64,000 nt of DNA, taken from Cyanobacteriota bacterium. Lineage in GTDB: Bacteria; Cyanobacteriota; Cyanobacteriia; Thermostichales; Thermostichaceae. The stretch covers positions 1-64,000 of the forward strand of contig JANRIL010000006.1 of NCBI GenBank assembly GCA_033764955.1, in the 5' to 3' direction. The notes under the pieces were generated by a model that worked only from the letters and a program-made list of their open reading frames with translations, searched no databases and had not been told where the DNA came from. The position numbers and the translations under genes are program-made. This document shows, one piece after another, positions 40,239-51,425 of this stretch (the first letter of the stretch is position 1; each line of letters opens with the position of its first letter).

Positions 40239-41432
40239 TCAGCAGGATTCCGGGATAGCAAACAAATCAGTCAGAATGGTGTTGGAAAATAGCCAGCCCT
40301 CCGGGGGTAGTAGCCTTAGATCATCATCTCGGCAAGCAGCCCAGCCTTTCTCGACGTAAGGAGCCAAACAATCAAGAGCCGCCTCTACCCAGGGTTCTGC
40401 AAAACGTGACCGCAGCTCACTCAACGAAAGTCCTTCCCGCAAGCGCAAGCCCAGCATCAAGGTATTTTGCCACTCTTCCACAAGCGAGGTAGGTGTAGCA
40501 TCTTGCCAAATCTCTCCCTTTTGCACCTGTTGAAAATAGTCATACAGTTTTTGGGGTTGCTTGATTCGTTGGCCTTTGATATACCCAACCGCCCCCATTC
40601 CTAAACCGTAGTAGCTGCCGTTCTGCCAATAGACACGGTTATGGCGGCATTGGTAACCCGTTTGGGCAAAGTTGGAGATCTCGTAGTGCTGATAGCCGGC
40701 GGCAGTCAGTTCCTGAATAGCTAGGTGATACATTTGCACGGTGTCTGCGTCGCTGGGCAAGGGGGGATCCCCTGGTTGATAGGTGCGCCCAAAGCGAGTG
40801 TGTGGCTCAATCGTCAGGTCATAGAGGGAGACATGGGTTGGGTGCAACCCTGTGAGAGCGGTCAAGGACTCTTGCCAATCAAGTAGGGTTTGTTGGGGCA
40901 GGCCAAAGATCAAGTCTAGGTTGAAATTTTCCAGACCCACGGCTCGTAGATCCGCAACCGCCTGATAGACCGCCTCCACCCCATGCCCTCGACCACAGGC
41001 TGCTAACAACTTTGGTTGAAAGGCTTGTACACCCAGGCTGACCCGATTCACACCCGCATGGCGATAATCAAGCAACTGAGAACGACTGATAGTACCAGGA
41101 TTAGCCTCTAGAGAAATTTCTATATCGGCTGACCAGGGGATCCGTTGCTGTAGGCGAGATAAAATACGGCTGAGCTGTTCCCCTGAGAGAAGAGAGGGCG
41201 TCCCCCCGCCAAAAAAGATAGAGGTGAGGGGCTGATCCCCCACGGGCATTTGTTCAATCTCTTGGCAAAGCACCTCGACATACGTCTCAATCAAATCAGC
41301 CGTTCCCAGGCCAGTAGCAAAATCACAGTAATAGCAGCGCTGGCGGCAGAAGGGAATATGCAGGTAGGCAGCCTGCGGCCAGGGATCCCTCCTCTGCTCA
41401 GGAAAGTCAAGCCAGTGGGCGAAAGTGGGCAT
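40239..41432 (-). CDS. hemW: Radical SAM heme chaperone HemW / HemN-like
   Basis: YLHIPFCRQRCYYCDF, GGGTPS, EANP, YEISNFA. Confidence 0.88.
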   Translation of the reverse strand: MPTFAHWLDFPEQRRDPWPQAAYLHIPFCRQRCYYCDFATGLGTADLIETYVEVLCQEIEQMPVGDQPLTSIFFGGGTPSLLSGEQLSRILSRLQQRIPWSADIEISLEANPGTISRSQLLDYRHAGVNRVSLGVQAFQPKLLAACGRGHGVEAVYQAVADLRAVGLENFNLDLIFGLPQQTLLDWQESLTALTGLHPTHVSLYDLTIEPHTRFGRTYQPGDPPLPSDADTVQMYHLAIQELTAAGYQHYEISNFAQTGYQCRHNRVYWQNGSYYGLGMGAVGYIKGQRIKQPQKLYDYFQQVQKGEIWQDATPTSLVEEWQNTLMLGLRLREGLSLSELRSRFAEPWVEAALDCLAPYVEKGWAACRDDDLRLLPPEGWLFSNTILTDLFAIPESC

Positions 41433-41791
41433 GGGATCTTAAAATTACGGAAGGTGACGTTTATTTACTCAGCTTAACTCCCTCCCCGAATCCAAGCCGC
41501 ATCTATCCGCCCACAGAGAGGGTTGTCCCCCCATCACCCCGAAGCCTTTCTAACCAGACTGAGAAATCCTTTGCAGAGCGTCATCCAGATGTTGCGGCGG
41601 GTTGCTTTTAATGTTTATGCCGTATTATCCCTCCAGCCCATCAGGGAAGCATGTCTAGAATGATTAGGTATATCTATCGGAGTATCAGAAATTAGATCTG
41701 TGACCGACGTGCTGAGCCGGATCGGTTTGCCTTTACTTCCTCTTGATCATCATCCAACATCATTCCATTCATAAAAGCCAAGGCCAAATTT

Positions 41792-42886
41792 ATGCTAGAC
41801 ATTCTCCTGACGTTCATCTTTATTGTTGCAGGTAGCGGGTTAGGGTTTTATGGTTTAGATTTTTTGCCTAGTGAGGTTGTTCAGGGAGCCAATATTGACG
41901 GGGCTCGCTTTGTTACCGCTGGGTTTGGTGTTGTGGTGGGGTTAGCAACTGGACTAGGAGTGCGCTGGGGTTATCGTCGTTTTGAAGCCAACATTCGCTC
42001 ACTTCCTCCTGACATCTTGATCAGCCGTTCAGTGGCTCTGGTGATTAGTTTGGTCATTGCCAATCTCGCCATGGTACCTGTTTATTTATTGCCTTTACCG
42101 GAAGAGTTACGCTTTATCGAACCCCTAGCGTCGGTCTTTTTTAGCTTGGCCTTTGCCTATTTGGGCACAGGATTAGCTGATACCCAAGGCCCTGCTTTGT
42201 TGCGTTTATTCAATCCCAACTATGGTCTACAAGCTGCTCTTTTGGCGGAGGGCAGTGTCAGTCCGGCTAGTGCCAAAGTGATTGACACCAGTTGCCTGAT
42301 TGATGGGCGAATTTCTCAACTGATCCAGGCGGGCTTCTTAGAGGGAACTTTGGTCATACCCCGCTTTGTTTTGGTGGAACTGCAAACTATTGCCGACAAA
42401 GCGGATCCCCAAAAAAGGGAGCGTGGACGGCGCGGTTTGGATATGCTGCAAGAATTGAGAAATGCCTATCCCGATCGGTTCGTTATTCACGAGACTAATT
42501 ATCCTGACTTGGATACGGTAGATGAAAAATTGGTGAGGTTAACCCAAAGTGTGAATGGAGCCTTATTAACCACTGATTTTAACCTTAAGAAAGTGGCTAA
42601 CGTTCAGAACGTAACCGTCTTAAACATCAATGAGTTAGTGGAGTCTCTGCGACCTGTTTATCTGGCTGGAGATAGTTTAGAAATAAAAATTACCCGTGAA
42701 GGAAAAGAACCGGGTCAGGGGGTGGGCTATTTGGAAGATGGCACGATGGTGGTGGTGGAAGAAGGATTGCGCTCGATCGGTAAAAAGCGGGTGGTGGTGG
42801 TAACCAGTGCCATTCAAACAGCGGCGGGACGGATGATATTTGCCCGCTTACAAACTCCAACAACGATCAAAGTTGGATCGGCTTAG
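41792..42886 (+). CDS. Membrane PIN/TRAM domain protein (YacL/Ycf81-like)
   Basis: N-terminal TMs, IDTSCLIDGR, RGRRGLD, TDFNL, GVGYLEDGTMVVVE. Confidence 0.9.
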   Translation: MLDILLTFIFIVAGSGLGFYGLDFLPSEVVQGANIDGARFVTAGFGVVVGLATGLGVRWGYRRFEANIRSLPPDILISRSVALVISLVIANLAMVPVYLLPLPEELRFIEPLASVFFSLAFAYLGTGLADTQGPALLRLFNPNYGLQAALLAEGSVSPASAKVIDTSCLIDGRISQLIQAGFLEGTLVIPRFVLVELQTIADKADPQKRERGRRGLDMLQELRNAYPDRFVIHETNYPDLDTVDEKLVRLTQSVNGALLTTDFNLKKVANVQNVTVLNINELVESLRPVYLAGDSLEIKITREGKEPGQGVGYLEDGTMVVVEEGLRSIGKKRVVVVTSAIQTAAGRMIFARLQTPTTIKVGSA

Positions 42887-43110
42887 CTGGGGTGGAGCTA
42901 GCCTGCTAAACCTTTATCATGGGTATTAGCCGACAACGATTAAGGGGTTAAGATTAGATCTGTAACTCCCAGGACAATGAAATGATGTAGTTCAATGAAC
43001 ATTTCTTGATTTGGAGGAGTTATGCCATATTTATTATGGACATTATCGTCACATTGCCTCCCAGCAATCAAGCCAGAGAGGAACTAGTTATCCTGAATTT
43101 TTGACTGCTA

Positions 43111-43350
43111 ATTTTTAAGGTAAACCTCGATTTCGTTTCCCTCTATCTCCCCAACCATAGCCACAAATATCACCTCATAGCAGATGGCACTCATCGACCA
43201 TAACTACTGTCAATTCTCCAAAATCCACAAGCGCTTTCCACTCTTTTAGCTTCTGGCATATTTCTTTTTTCTTTGAGTCACCACTTCCTCATCCTTCTGA
43301 GGCTATCTCTTCTGAACTTTCCTCCAGCTCATGTCAGCCTCATAAAGAGC
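43111..43350 (-). pseudogene. IS630-family transposase remnant
   Basis: Minus-strand translation SWRKVQKR*PQKD...QRK/EICQKL...VMVDECHLL*GDICGYGWG with internal stops; A-AAA-AAG slippery site between the frames. Confidence 0.75.
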
Positions 43351-43462
43351 AACAGAACCTAAAGATTTACAGGGATCCTCCTTCGCCCAGGATCGGTTGG
43401 GGAGGGCTAATATGAGTCTGATAATATAAAGTTAATTGAGAAACCCAATAGCAAGTAAGGGT

Positions 43463-43801
43463 ATGAGCGAGTTTGAAGATCCTAAGGATCGACCTCTCTA
43501 CATCATCTCGGTAGCAGCAGAACTGGTGAACATGCACCCGCAAACGTTACGCCTCTACGAAAAACGCGGGTTAGTGCAACCCCATCGAGACGGCAAGAAT
43601 CGCCTATATTCCCAGCGAGATATTGAACGGATTCTCTATATTCAAAAGCTCACCCGCGACCTAGGCGTTAACTTAGCGGGAGTGGAAGAAATTACCCGCC
43701 TGCAACAAGAATTGGAAAAACAAAAGCGCAAGATGCATGTGGAAATTCAACGCCTGCACAGCCAAATCGAAATCATGGAGTCTCAAATTGGTACCGACTA
43801 G
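43463..43801 (+). CDS. hspR: MerR-family heat-shock repressor HspR-like
   Basis: [42 protein letters not shown]-terminal coiled coil. Confidence 0.8.
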   Translation: MSEFEDPKDRPLYIISVAAELVNMHPQTLRLYEKRGLVQPHRDGKNRLYSQRDIERILYIQKLTRDLGVNLAGVEEITRLQQELEKQKRKMHVEIQRLHSQIEIMESQIGTD

Positions 43802-43880
43802 GATTCAGTGCCTCTGCAAGCCTCAACGGTCGGACTGGGTTGGCTAAAGTGATGAGGGCAATCCTGCTGTGCCTATTTTT

Positions 43881-45152
43881 ATGTCTCGATCGGCTGGCTT
43901 TGTTTCTTGGTTTTGGGTGGGGGGGTGGGTACCCCTGGCTCTCGCCTTGCTGACGGTGAATGTTGCCCCCAGTTTGCTGGTAATGCTGATGGGATCCCTC
44001 TGGGGGGTAAGCCATCGCGCCCTCTGGCAACCGGATCCCTTGCTGGGGTGGGTTGGGGGGTTGGGGGTGGGATTGCTGGGGGTGACCTTTTTGGCCACCG
44101 ATTGGTCGCTGAGCATTCCAGGCTTGTTCAACTATTTGCCCTTTCTCCTGTTTTTTGCAGCCAGCAGCCAGATATTGCGATATCCCGAATGGCGGTTACT
44201 GAGCCTGCAAACATTGGTGGCTGGGAGTGGTTGGGTGGCGATGTTGGGCTGGGGGCAGTTTTTTTGGCATTGGCAAGGTGAGGTGACCATTCTGGGGATG
44301 CCGGTGCTGGAACTAGCGGCAACCGACCGTCCTACCTCAGTGTTTACCTCCCCCAATACGCTGGCGGTCTACTTGGTGGTGGTGTTGACCCTAGCAGTGG
44401 GATTATGGCTAGCGCGTCCTCGCCAGTGGCTCGCTCCCGCTGCCCTTGTCCTGGGCTTGCCCCTCTTGGTTGCCACCGCCTCCCGCAATGGTTGGGCCAT
44501 CGCCTGTTTGAGTCTGGTGGGCTTTTTGCTTTTTAAGCGGATGTGGGCGGCTTTCATCCCCTTGGGGGGGATGATCGGGATCCCTTTACTTGCCGCTCTC
44601 AACTGGTGGAACCTACGCCAATGGGTGCCCGCCCTATTTTGGCAACGGCTCGCCGATGCCTTCGATCCGCAAGCCCGTCATTTTGGATCGACGATTAGCC
44701 GCCTGGAGGCGTGGAATTTTGCCCTGGAGATGATCCGCCAGCGCCCCTGGCAAGGATGGGGTTGGCAGAGTTTCCCAGCTTACTACAATGCTCAGATACC
44801 GCCACCGACCGAACTCCTTAACCACTCCCACAACCTGTATTTGACCGTGGCTGCCGAGGGGGGATTGGGGATCGCCGTGGGGTTGGTGGGGTTGTGGGGA
44901 GTGATTGTGGGACGTGGCTGGCGACAGATCCAAGGGGATCCCGTTTTGTTGGCGGTTAACCTGGCTCTGCTGGCCTATTTTGCCTCAGGATTGCTGGATG
45001 CTGTATTTTTTGATGGGCGGATCAATCTCCTGTTTTGGGTGGTGTTGGCGGTGGCACACGGCAGTTCTTTGGCTAGGTCAGATGGGGACAGATCTAAGGG
45101 GATGCCAGAAGCCGCTCCCTTACCAGGAGAGCAGCCAGCTCAAGAACGTTAA
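43881..45152 (+). CDS. O-antigen ligase / IctB-like membrane protein
   Basis: Multi-TM; R..SVF..PN, TASRNGW, RPWQGWG, HSHNLYL...E.G. Confidence 0.82.
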   Translation: MSRSAGFVSWFWVGGWVPLALALLTVNVAPSLLVMLMGSLWGVSHRALWQPDPLLGWVGGLGVGLLGVTFLATDWSLSIPGLFNYLPFLLFFAASSQILRYPEWRLLSLQTLVAGSGWVAMLGWGQFFWHWQGEVTILGMPVLELAATDRPTSVFTSPNTLAVYLVVVLTLAVGLWLARPRQWLAPAALVLGLPLLVATASRNGWAIACLSLVGFLLFKRMWAAFIPLGGMIGIPLLAALNWWNLRQWVPALFWQRLADAFDPQARHFGSTISRLEAWNFALEMIRQRPWQGWGWQSFPAYYNAQIPPPTELLNHSHNLYLTVAAEGGLGIAVGLVGLWGVIVGRGWRQIQGDPVLLAVNLALLAYFASGLLDAVFFDGRINLLFWVVLAVAHGSSLARSDGDRSKGMPEAAPLPGEQPAQER

Positions 45153-45207
45153 CGCTAGAGCTTGCTACAGTGGAATTTGCTCAATCTACAACCGGAGTGG
45201 CTGCTCA

Positions 45208-46626
45208 ATGAGTCGGGGAACGCTGTTTGATAAAGTCTGGGATCGGCATACCGTTACCCTTTTGCCGTCGGGGCAAACCCAGCTATTCATCGGGCTGCAC
45301 CTGATCCACGAAGTGACCAGCCCACAAGCGTTTGCCATGCTGCGGGAGCGGGGGTTGTCGGTGATGTTTCCTGAGCGCACCGTCGCCACCGTCGATCACA
45401 TTATTCCTACTGACAACCTAGCTCGCCCCTTGGCCGACAGCATGGCAGAAGAAATGCTGCAAGCCCTGGAGCGCAACTGCCAAGACTACGGCATCCGCTT
45501 TTATCCCCCTGGTTCTGGGCATCAAGGGGTGGTGCATGTGATTGCCCCAGAATTGGGTCTGACGCAACCGGGTATGACGGTGGCCTGCGGCGATAGCCAC
45601 ACCTCCACCCACGGGGCTTTCGGGGCGATTGCTTTCGGCATCGGCACCACCCAAATTGGGGATGTCTTAGCCAGCCAAACCCTTGCCCTCAGCAAGCTGA
45701 AAGTTCGACGCATTGAGGTGAATGGAGGGCTGCGACCAGGGGTTTATGCCAAAGATGTCATCCTGCACATCATCCGCATCCTGGGTGTGAAAGGGGGTGT
45801 CGGCTATGCCTACGAATTTGCCGGATCGACTATTGAGCAGATGAGCATGGAAGGCCGCATGACCCTCTGCAACATGGCAATCGAGGGGGGGGCACGCTGT
45901 GGCTATGTCAATCCTGATCCTGTCACCTATGCCTATTTGCAGGGACGGCAGTTTGCCCCGCAAGGATCGGCTTGGCAAGAGGCCGTGACCTGGTGGGAAA
46001 GCCTACGCAGTGATACCGACGCGGAGTACGACGATGTGGTGACCTTTGAGGCAGCAGATATCGCCCCCACCGTCACTTGGGGCATTACCCCTGGGCAAGG
46101 GATCCCGGTGGATGGGCGGATCCCGACTCCTGAAGAATTGGCCGAGAGTGAGCGGATGTTGGCGCAAGAAGCCTATGCCTACATGGATCTGCAACCGGGG
46201 GCATCCATTCAAGGTACCAAGGTGGATGTCTGCTTTATTGGCAGTTGCACCAACGGACGCCTCAGTGATCTGCGGGAAGCGGCTAAGTTTGCCCAAGGAC
46301 GACAGGTGGCTCCAGGGGTAAAAGCGTTTGTTGTCCCAGGTTCTGAGCGGGTCAAGCAGGAGGCCGAAGCGGAAGGACTGGATCAGATTTTTCGGGCGGC
46401 GGGCTTTGAGTGGCGAGAACCCGGTTGCTCGATGTGTCTAGCCATGAATCCCGACAAATTAGAGGGTCGGCAGTTAAGTGCTTCATCCTCTAACCGCAAC
46501 TTCAAGGGACGCCAGGGATCCGCCGCCGGACGGACGCTCTTGATGAGTCCCGCTATGGTAGTGGCCGCCGCCGTCACGGGTAGCGTGGCTGATGTGCGAA
46601 CTCTCATACCGAAGGAAACGGCATAG
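45208..46626 (+). CDS. leuC: 3-isopropylmalate dehydratase large subunit
   Basis: [46 protein letters not shown]. Confidence 0.97.
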   Translation: MSRGTLFDKVWDRHTVTLLPSGQTQLFIGLHLIHEVTSPQAFAMLRERGLSVMFPERTVATVDHIIPTDNLARPLADSMAEEMLQALERNCQDYGIRFYPPGSGHQGVVHVIAPELGLTQPGMTVACGDSHTSTHGAFGAIAFGIGTTQIGDVLASQTLALSKLKVRRIEVNGGLRPGVYAKDVILHIIRILGVKGGVGYAYEFAGSTIEQMSMEGRMTLCNMAIEGGARCGYVNPDPVTYAYLQGRQFAPQGSAWQEAVTWWESLRSDTDAEYDDVVTFEAADIAPTVTWGITPGQGIPVDGRIPTPEELAESERMLAQEAYAYMDLQPGASIQGTKVDVCFIGSCTNGRLSDLREAAKFAQGRQVAPGVKAFVVPGSERVKQEAEAEGLDQIFRAAGFEWREPGCSMCLAMNPDKLEGRQLSASSSNRNFKGRQGSAAGRTLLMSPAMVVAAAVTGSVADVRTLIPKETA

Positions 46627-46750
46627 CGGTCATGATCGCCATCGGCAGTTTTCTCCTGACTCCTCTCAGACAGTCATGCCAGATTCGGGGCAGGAAAAAC
46701 CTGTCGGGGCAACTGGGGATCTCAAATAGAAATATCGAAAACCATCGATC

Positions 46751-48433
46751 CTATCGGGATCCCGCCAAGGTGACGGAGGTTAAGGGGTCAGATTGAAGGG
46801 CATTAAAGTGACGATGCAGGTCAGGAATCAGGGTCAAATTGGCTAAGCCCAACTGATTGGGATCCAACTCAGGCTGTTCTTGGATGTAGCGAACCACCTG
46901 CTCCCGAATGGTTTCATCCGATTGCCAGAGCAGTTGCCCCTGCCTAAACATACTGAAGCCACTCCCTCCCACCGCTCGATAGTGATTGAGTGCCACCCGT
47001 AGCTTTTGATTGGGGAAGATCGCTTCTCCATCCAGACTTAGGTGGCGTAAGCGGTGCCCTATTGGTTGGGTGAGATCGAGGGTATAAGTGATGCCTGTGT
47101 AGAGATCCCAGTTGTAGTGGCGAGCCAAAGGAGCTTTCGCCGCTTCCGGCTGGGCGGGCAACTGGGCGGGATCCATCTGCTGAAAATATTCGGCGGTTTT
47201 TTCCAAAGCTTGCCGCAGCATCTCCCCCGTAATCTCTAAAACACAGAGATGGTTGTCATAGACCACAATGCTAAAGACATCTTGCAGGCTGACCAACCCT
47301 GCCGGGATCCCACCGCTATCGGAATTGAGGCTGGCAACTGATATCTGCACCGACCAGCCCGCCGCCTGAGCCGCCGCTATTTGGGCTTGGTTGATCAGAT
47401 GGGGAATCGGACTGTGCCACAAGCGCGCCTTAGCTCCACTGGGAAAGGCTCGTGGGGAGCGGCCAATCGGTTGGGCTAGGTAGCTGAGCACGGCTTGGTG
47501 AAAGGGTTCGGCCAATCGCAACAGCTCGGCATCGGCAGGGATCCCCTCTACCGAGAACAGGCAGGAGTCTTTGTGAACTATTCGCCAGGTGTGGTCGGCT
47601 TGCTCCTCCAGGTGGAGGTTTACTTTCGCCAGATGGGATCCCCAATGCCCCGGTTGCACCATCAGGGTGTGACCAATCGGGAGGGCAGGAATGGCTTGGT
47701 GGGTGTGTCCTGTGAAAAGAACATCAATCCCTGCTACTTGCTCGGCCAACTGGAGAGCCTGGTTCTCCTCCGGCAGTTGATGACCCATCGGCCAGTCGTG
47801 ATAATCACTCAGCCAATCCTGGGGTTGTCTCTGGTTGGGCATCCGCTCCGGCCCACTGTGTAAAACCACCACAATCACCGCCGCCCCCAAGTCCCGCAAC
47901 AAGGGCACATAGTAGTGAGCGGTTTCAATCACCGGATCAAAGCGCAACCCCACAATGTGATCCGCCCGCTCCCAGTGATCAATGCGGGGGGTAGTCAAGC
48001 CCAAGATCCCCACAGGGATCCCATCTACCTGCCTCAAGGCATAAGGTTGAAAGGCTTCACCGCCATCACTGGAGCGAATGTTGGCCGATAAGACAGGAAA
48101 GTAAGTCACTTTCATAAAGCGATGCAACACCGTTTGACCAAAATTAAAGTCATGATTTCCCAAGGTCATGCTGGTATAGTCCAGGGCATTCATCACCACG
48201 GCCATCGGGTGAGTCTGGGTAGGGATGGTCGCGTAATAACTGCCCAAAGGGGATCCCTGAATCGTATCGCCGCCATCCAGGAGGAGGGTGGCATGGGGGT
48301 TAAGCTGGCGTTCCCGCCGAACTAGGGTGGCGATTTTAGCTAAGCCATGTTCACTGCCTTGCCCTGAAAAATAATTCCAAGCCTGAATATGGGCATGGAG
48401 ATCTGAAGTTTGTAATAAGGTTAAGGTTTTCAT
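46751..48433 (-). CDS. Bifunctional metallophosphatase / 5'-nucleotidase (CpdB/UshA-like)
   Basis: TSDLH, DGGD, LGNHDF, HSG, GHTH; C-terminal N.YRA.GG. Confidence 0.9.
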   Translation of the reverse strand: MKTLTLLQTSDLHAHIQAWNYFSGQGSEHGLAKIATLVRRERQLNPHATLLLDGGDTIQGSPLGSYYATIPTQTHPMAVVMNALDYTSMTLGNHDFNFGQTVLHRFMKVTYFPVLSANIRSSDGGEAFQPYALRQVDGIPVGILGLTTPRIDHWERADHIVGLRFDPVIETAHYYVPLLRDLGAAVIVVVLHSGPERMPNQRQPQDWLSDYHDWPMGHQLPEENQALQLAEQVAGIDVLFTGHTHQAIPALPIGHTLMVQPGHWGSHLAKVNLHLEEQADHTWRIVHKDSCLFSVEGIPADAELLRLAEPFHQAVLSYLAQPIGRSPRAFPSGAKARLWHSPIPHLINQAQIAAAQAAGWSVQISVASLNSDSGGIPAGLVSLQDVFSIVVYDNHLCVLEITGEMLRQALEKTAEYFQQMDPAQLPAQPEAAKAPLARHYNWDLYTGITYTLDLTQPIGHRLRHLSLDGEAIFPNQKLRVALNHYRAVGGSGFSMFRQGQLLWQSDETIREQVVRYIQEQPELDPNQLGLANLTLIPDLHRHFNALQSDPLTSVTLAGSR

Positions 48434-48542
48434 AGAGGAGAAATCATACCCTTAAAAAATGTGTTTCATTTCCCTCAACACTATCACTCACTTTCCTGCC
48501 ACGTTTAAGATAAGGGTAGATCTTCTCCTTGATCTCTAACTT

Positions 48543-49325
48543 ATGGAAGTCTTGTTTCCTGGTTTATTGAGCCTATTGGCAGCCTTAACCATCGGTGGAT
48601 TTCGCCTGGATCGGGAATATCAACGGGGGGTGATCTATCGGTTAGGGAGGTGTCGTCATACCCTAGGTCCCGGTCTTTATTGGATTATTCCTGTCATCGA
48701 TCAAAAAGTTCAAGTGGATATTCGCACGAAGACGGTGGATGTGGCTCCCCAAGAAACGGTAACTGCTGATAGCGTGACGATTAAGGTGAATGCGGTTCTC
48801 TATTATCGAATTTTGGATCCGATTAAGGCTCTCAATAAGGTAGAAAGTTATGAGGTTGCGGTTTATCAAACAGCCATGACGACCTTAAGAAATGTTGTCG
48901 GACAAAACATTCTAGATGATATCCTACAAAACCGCGACAAAATTAATGTACGGGTTCAAGAAATCGTAGATGAGATCACCGAACCATGGGGTATTGTTAT
49001 TGAGAGGGTCGAGATTAAAGATGTAGAAATTCCTCTGGGGATGCAGCGGGCGATGGCGAAAGAAGCGGAGGCGATCCGCGAAAAACGTTCCCGTTTGATC
49101 AAGGCGGCGGCAGAACAGGAAGCCTCCATCAAACTGGCTGAAGCCTCCAAAGCAATTGTCAATAACCCAGCCGCTTTAGAATTGCGCCGATTGCAGATGA
49201 TCACCGAAATCGGAGCCGAAAACAATACGGCAACCATTATTTTGATGCCCTCTGATTTTCTCCATTTAGCCAAAAACTGGTCGCAAACCCTGGAAAAGGC
49301 AAAGCCATCTGACCCTGCCTCCTGA
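48543..49325 (+). CDS. SPFH/stomatin (slipin) family protein
   Basis: EYQRGVIYRLGR, GPGL, QET.T.D.V, AMAKEAEA.RE, ALELRRLQ. Confidence 0.9.
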   Translation: MEVLFPGLLSLLAALTIGGFRLDREYQRGVIYRLGRCRHTLGPGLYWIIPVIDQKVQVDIRTKTVDVAPQETVTADSVTIKVNAVLYYRILDPIKALNKVESYEVAVYQTAMTTLRNVVGQNILDDILQNRDKINVRVQEIVDEITEPWGIVIERVEIKDVEIPLGMQRAMAKEAEAIREKRSRLIKAAAEQEASIKLAEASKAIVNNPAALELRRLQMITEIGAENNTATIILMPSDFLHLAKNWSQTLEKAKPSDPAS

Positions 49326-49367
49326 TCAGGCAGACTAAGGTAGCCATCAGAAAATAGGCAGGTCGTG

Positions 49368-50348
49368 ATGCGTTTGCATGTGCAGCCCCAAAGTGGGATC
49401 CCGGCATCGACCCAACTCGTCACTCAGATCAGTTTTGCCATCGCCTGTGGACACTATCCCCAGGGCTATCGCTTGCCCAGTACCCGCCAACTGGCCATGC
49501 AAACAGGTCTGCACCGCAACACCATCAGCAAGGTCTATCATCAGTTGGAAGCGGCTGGCCTGGTAGAAACCCGCGCCGGATCGGGAATCTACGTGAGTGC
49601 CTCCGAGCAGGCTGTCCATTTGGCACTGCAAACCCATGACCTAGCCGATCAAAAAGCTGCTTATTTGGTGGTGAAACAAGGGCTGAACCAACTGCTAAAA
49701 AGTGGTTGTAGCCTGAGTCAAGCTAGGGATTTGTTTCTGGCAGAAATTGACTGGCGATTGCGTTGCAGTGCTCAGGTGTTGCTGTGTGTGCCACAGGCGG
49801 ATCTGGGAACTGGACAACTGATGCTGAGAGAACTTGAGACGGCACTCTCTCTGCCAATCCAACTGGTTCCCCTTGAAGATCTGCCCCTCCTCTTGACCCA
49901 ATCCCACTCCGCCACGCTGGTCACTATCCCTTATTTTCGGGCGCAGGTGGAGGCGGTGGCGGATCCCTGGGCGGTGCGGGTGATTCCTATTGAGATCTAT
50001 GACTATCAAGCGGAGTTGGAGCAAATTCAACAGCTACCCCCTGATCGTTGTTTGGGGTTGGTCAGCCTCAGCCGAGCCATGTTGGGGGTGGCGGAGGCGA
50101 TTGTCTATAGCCTGCGGGGAGAGGAGATCTTGGTGTTGACGGCTACCGCCGATGAGCGGGATCCGCTGCGACAGATGGTGAGGCGAGCGGATCTGTTAAT
50201 TGCGGATGCGGGCAGCTATGCCACCGTCAAAGCCTTACTGAGGGAAGCCCGCCCCGACTTAATCCGTTTGCCGCCCTTACTCCAAACCCATCCCCACATC
50301 AAACCGGAGTCGCTGGCTCTCCTGAAACGGGAACTGGGGGATCCCTAA
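49368..50348 (+). CDS. plmA: GntR-family regulator, cyanobacterial PlmA subfamily
   Basis: IPASTQL..QI.FAIA, LPSTRQLAMQTGLHRNTISKVY, EIDWRLRCSA. Confidence 0.85.
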   Translation: MRLHVQPQSGIPASTQLVTQISFAIACGHYPQGYRLPSTRQLAMQTGLHRNTISKVYHQLEAAGLVETRAGSGIYVSASEQAVHLALQTHDLADQKAAYLVVKQGLNQLLKSGCSLSQARDLFLAEIDWRLRCSAQVLLCVPQADLGTGQLMLRELETALSLPIQLVPLEDLPLLLTQSHSATLVTIPYFRAQVEAVADPWAVRVIPIEIYDYQAELEQIQQLPPDRCLGLVSLSRAMLGVAEAIVYSLRGEEILVLTATADERDPLRQMVRRADLLIADAGSYATVKALLREARPDLIRLPPLLQTHPHIKPESLALLKRELGDP

Positions 50349-51220
50349 CCCTCTTCGGTCAGGAAATCCAAAACGCACTGATTAAACTGGTCTGCCTTTT
50401 CCACCTGCGGCCAGTGCCCGCACTCCTCAAACACCCGTAGGCGAGCCTGTGGGATGAGAGCGACGGCACGCTTGCCATGGGCAAGGGGCAGGATGGGATC
50501 TTGGGATCCCCAGATCAACAGGGTGGGAAGATCCAGGTTGGGCAGTTGGCGAAGCAGGGGCTGATAGACCTGCGGTTTGACGCCCCAAAGGTTGAGGTTG
50601 GTTTGAGCCAGACGGAGAGCGGCGGTTTTGCTTCCCGGCCAGCCAAATTTTTGATAACTCCATTCCACCCACTCCGGCGGCACAATCCGGCGATCCACCA
50701 CATTCCCCCGCAGACTGAGGGAGGCTCCCCAGCGGGTCGGAACCGCCAATAGACCCACCCCAGGTAGGCTAGCCAACCGCAGGGGCAAAGCAATCTCCTG
50801 GCCCAGGCCAAAACCCGCCACCACCACCAGCCGCTCCACCCGTTCCGGTTGGGTAAGCGCCAGATGTAGGGCAACCCCTCCCCCCATCGAGTTGCCGATC
50901 AGCGTCGCCGTCGGGATCCCTAGGGCGGCCATAAACCCCGCCAAAAAGTCGGCTTGATAGGCCAAAGTATAGTCGGCCTCCGGTTTGTCGGAGCGTCCTG
51001 ACCCCACCATATCTAGTGCATAAACCTGATGCTGCTCCGCCAAAGCCGCCAGATTATAGCTCCAAATCTCTACGGAACTCATGCCCCCATGCAACAAAAT
51101 CAGGGGTGACCCACCGGATCCCACCTGCCAATAGCGGGCGCGCACATCTGCCACCCACACATACCGATCCTCTGGAGGCGGAGGCAAGGGTCTCCAGGAG
51201 ACTGAATCACCAATAGTCAT
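50345..51220 (-). CDS. Alpha/beta hydrolase
   Basis: LLHG, GNSMGG nucleophile elbow, IWG..D, CGHWPQVE. Confidence 0.9.
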   Translation of the reverse strand: MTIGDSVSWRPLPPPPEDRYVWVADVRARYWQVGSGGSPLILLHGGMSSVEIWSYNLAALAEQHQVYALDMVGSGRSDKPEADYTLAYQADFLAGFMAALGIPTATLIGNSMGGGVALHLALTQPERVERLVVVAGFGLGQEIALPLRLASLPGVGLLAVPTRWGASLSLRGNVVDRRIVPPEWVEWSYQKFGWPGSKTAALRLAQTNLNLWGVKPQVYQPLLRQLPNLDLPTLLIWGSQDPILPLAHGKRAVALIPQARLRVFEECGHWPQVEKADQFNQCVLDFLTEEG

Positions 51221-51423
51221 CAGGAGGAAAGGAGGGATCCCTGTTGATGTTTGCGACTTTCTAACACCTCCAAGCGAGCCAAGGTGGAGGCAGCATCCGC
51301 CAACTGCAACGCCAGGTTAGCCCGACAGACGGGGTCTTTAGCCTGCCAAAGATCTTGCCCTAAGCAATGCACCCGATAGCGAAACGCTTTGATGGAATGA
51401 GCGGGGATCACCTTGACCGACAT
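51220..51423 (-). CDS. Small hypothetical protein
   Basis: Tightly packed co-directional ORF in an apparent operon. Confidence 0.6.
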   Translation of the reverse strand: MSVKVIPAHSIKAFRYRVHCLGQDLWQAKDPVCRANLALQLADAASTLARLEVLESRKHQQGSLLSS

Positions 51424-51425
51424 GA

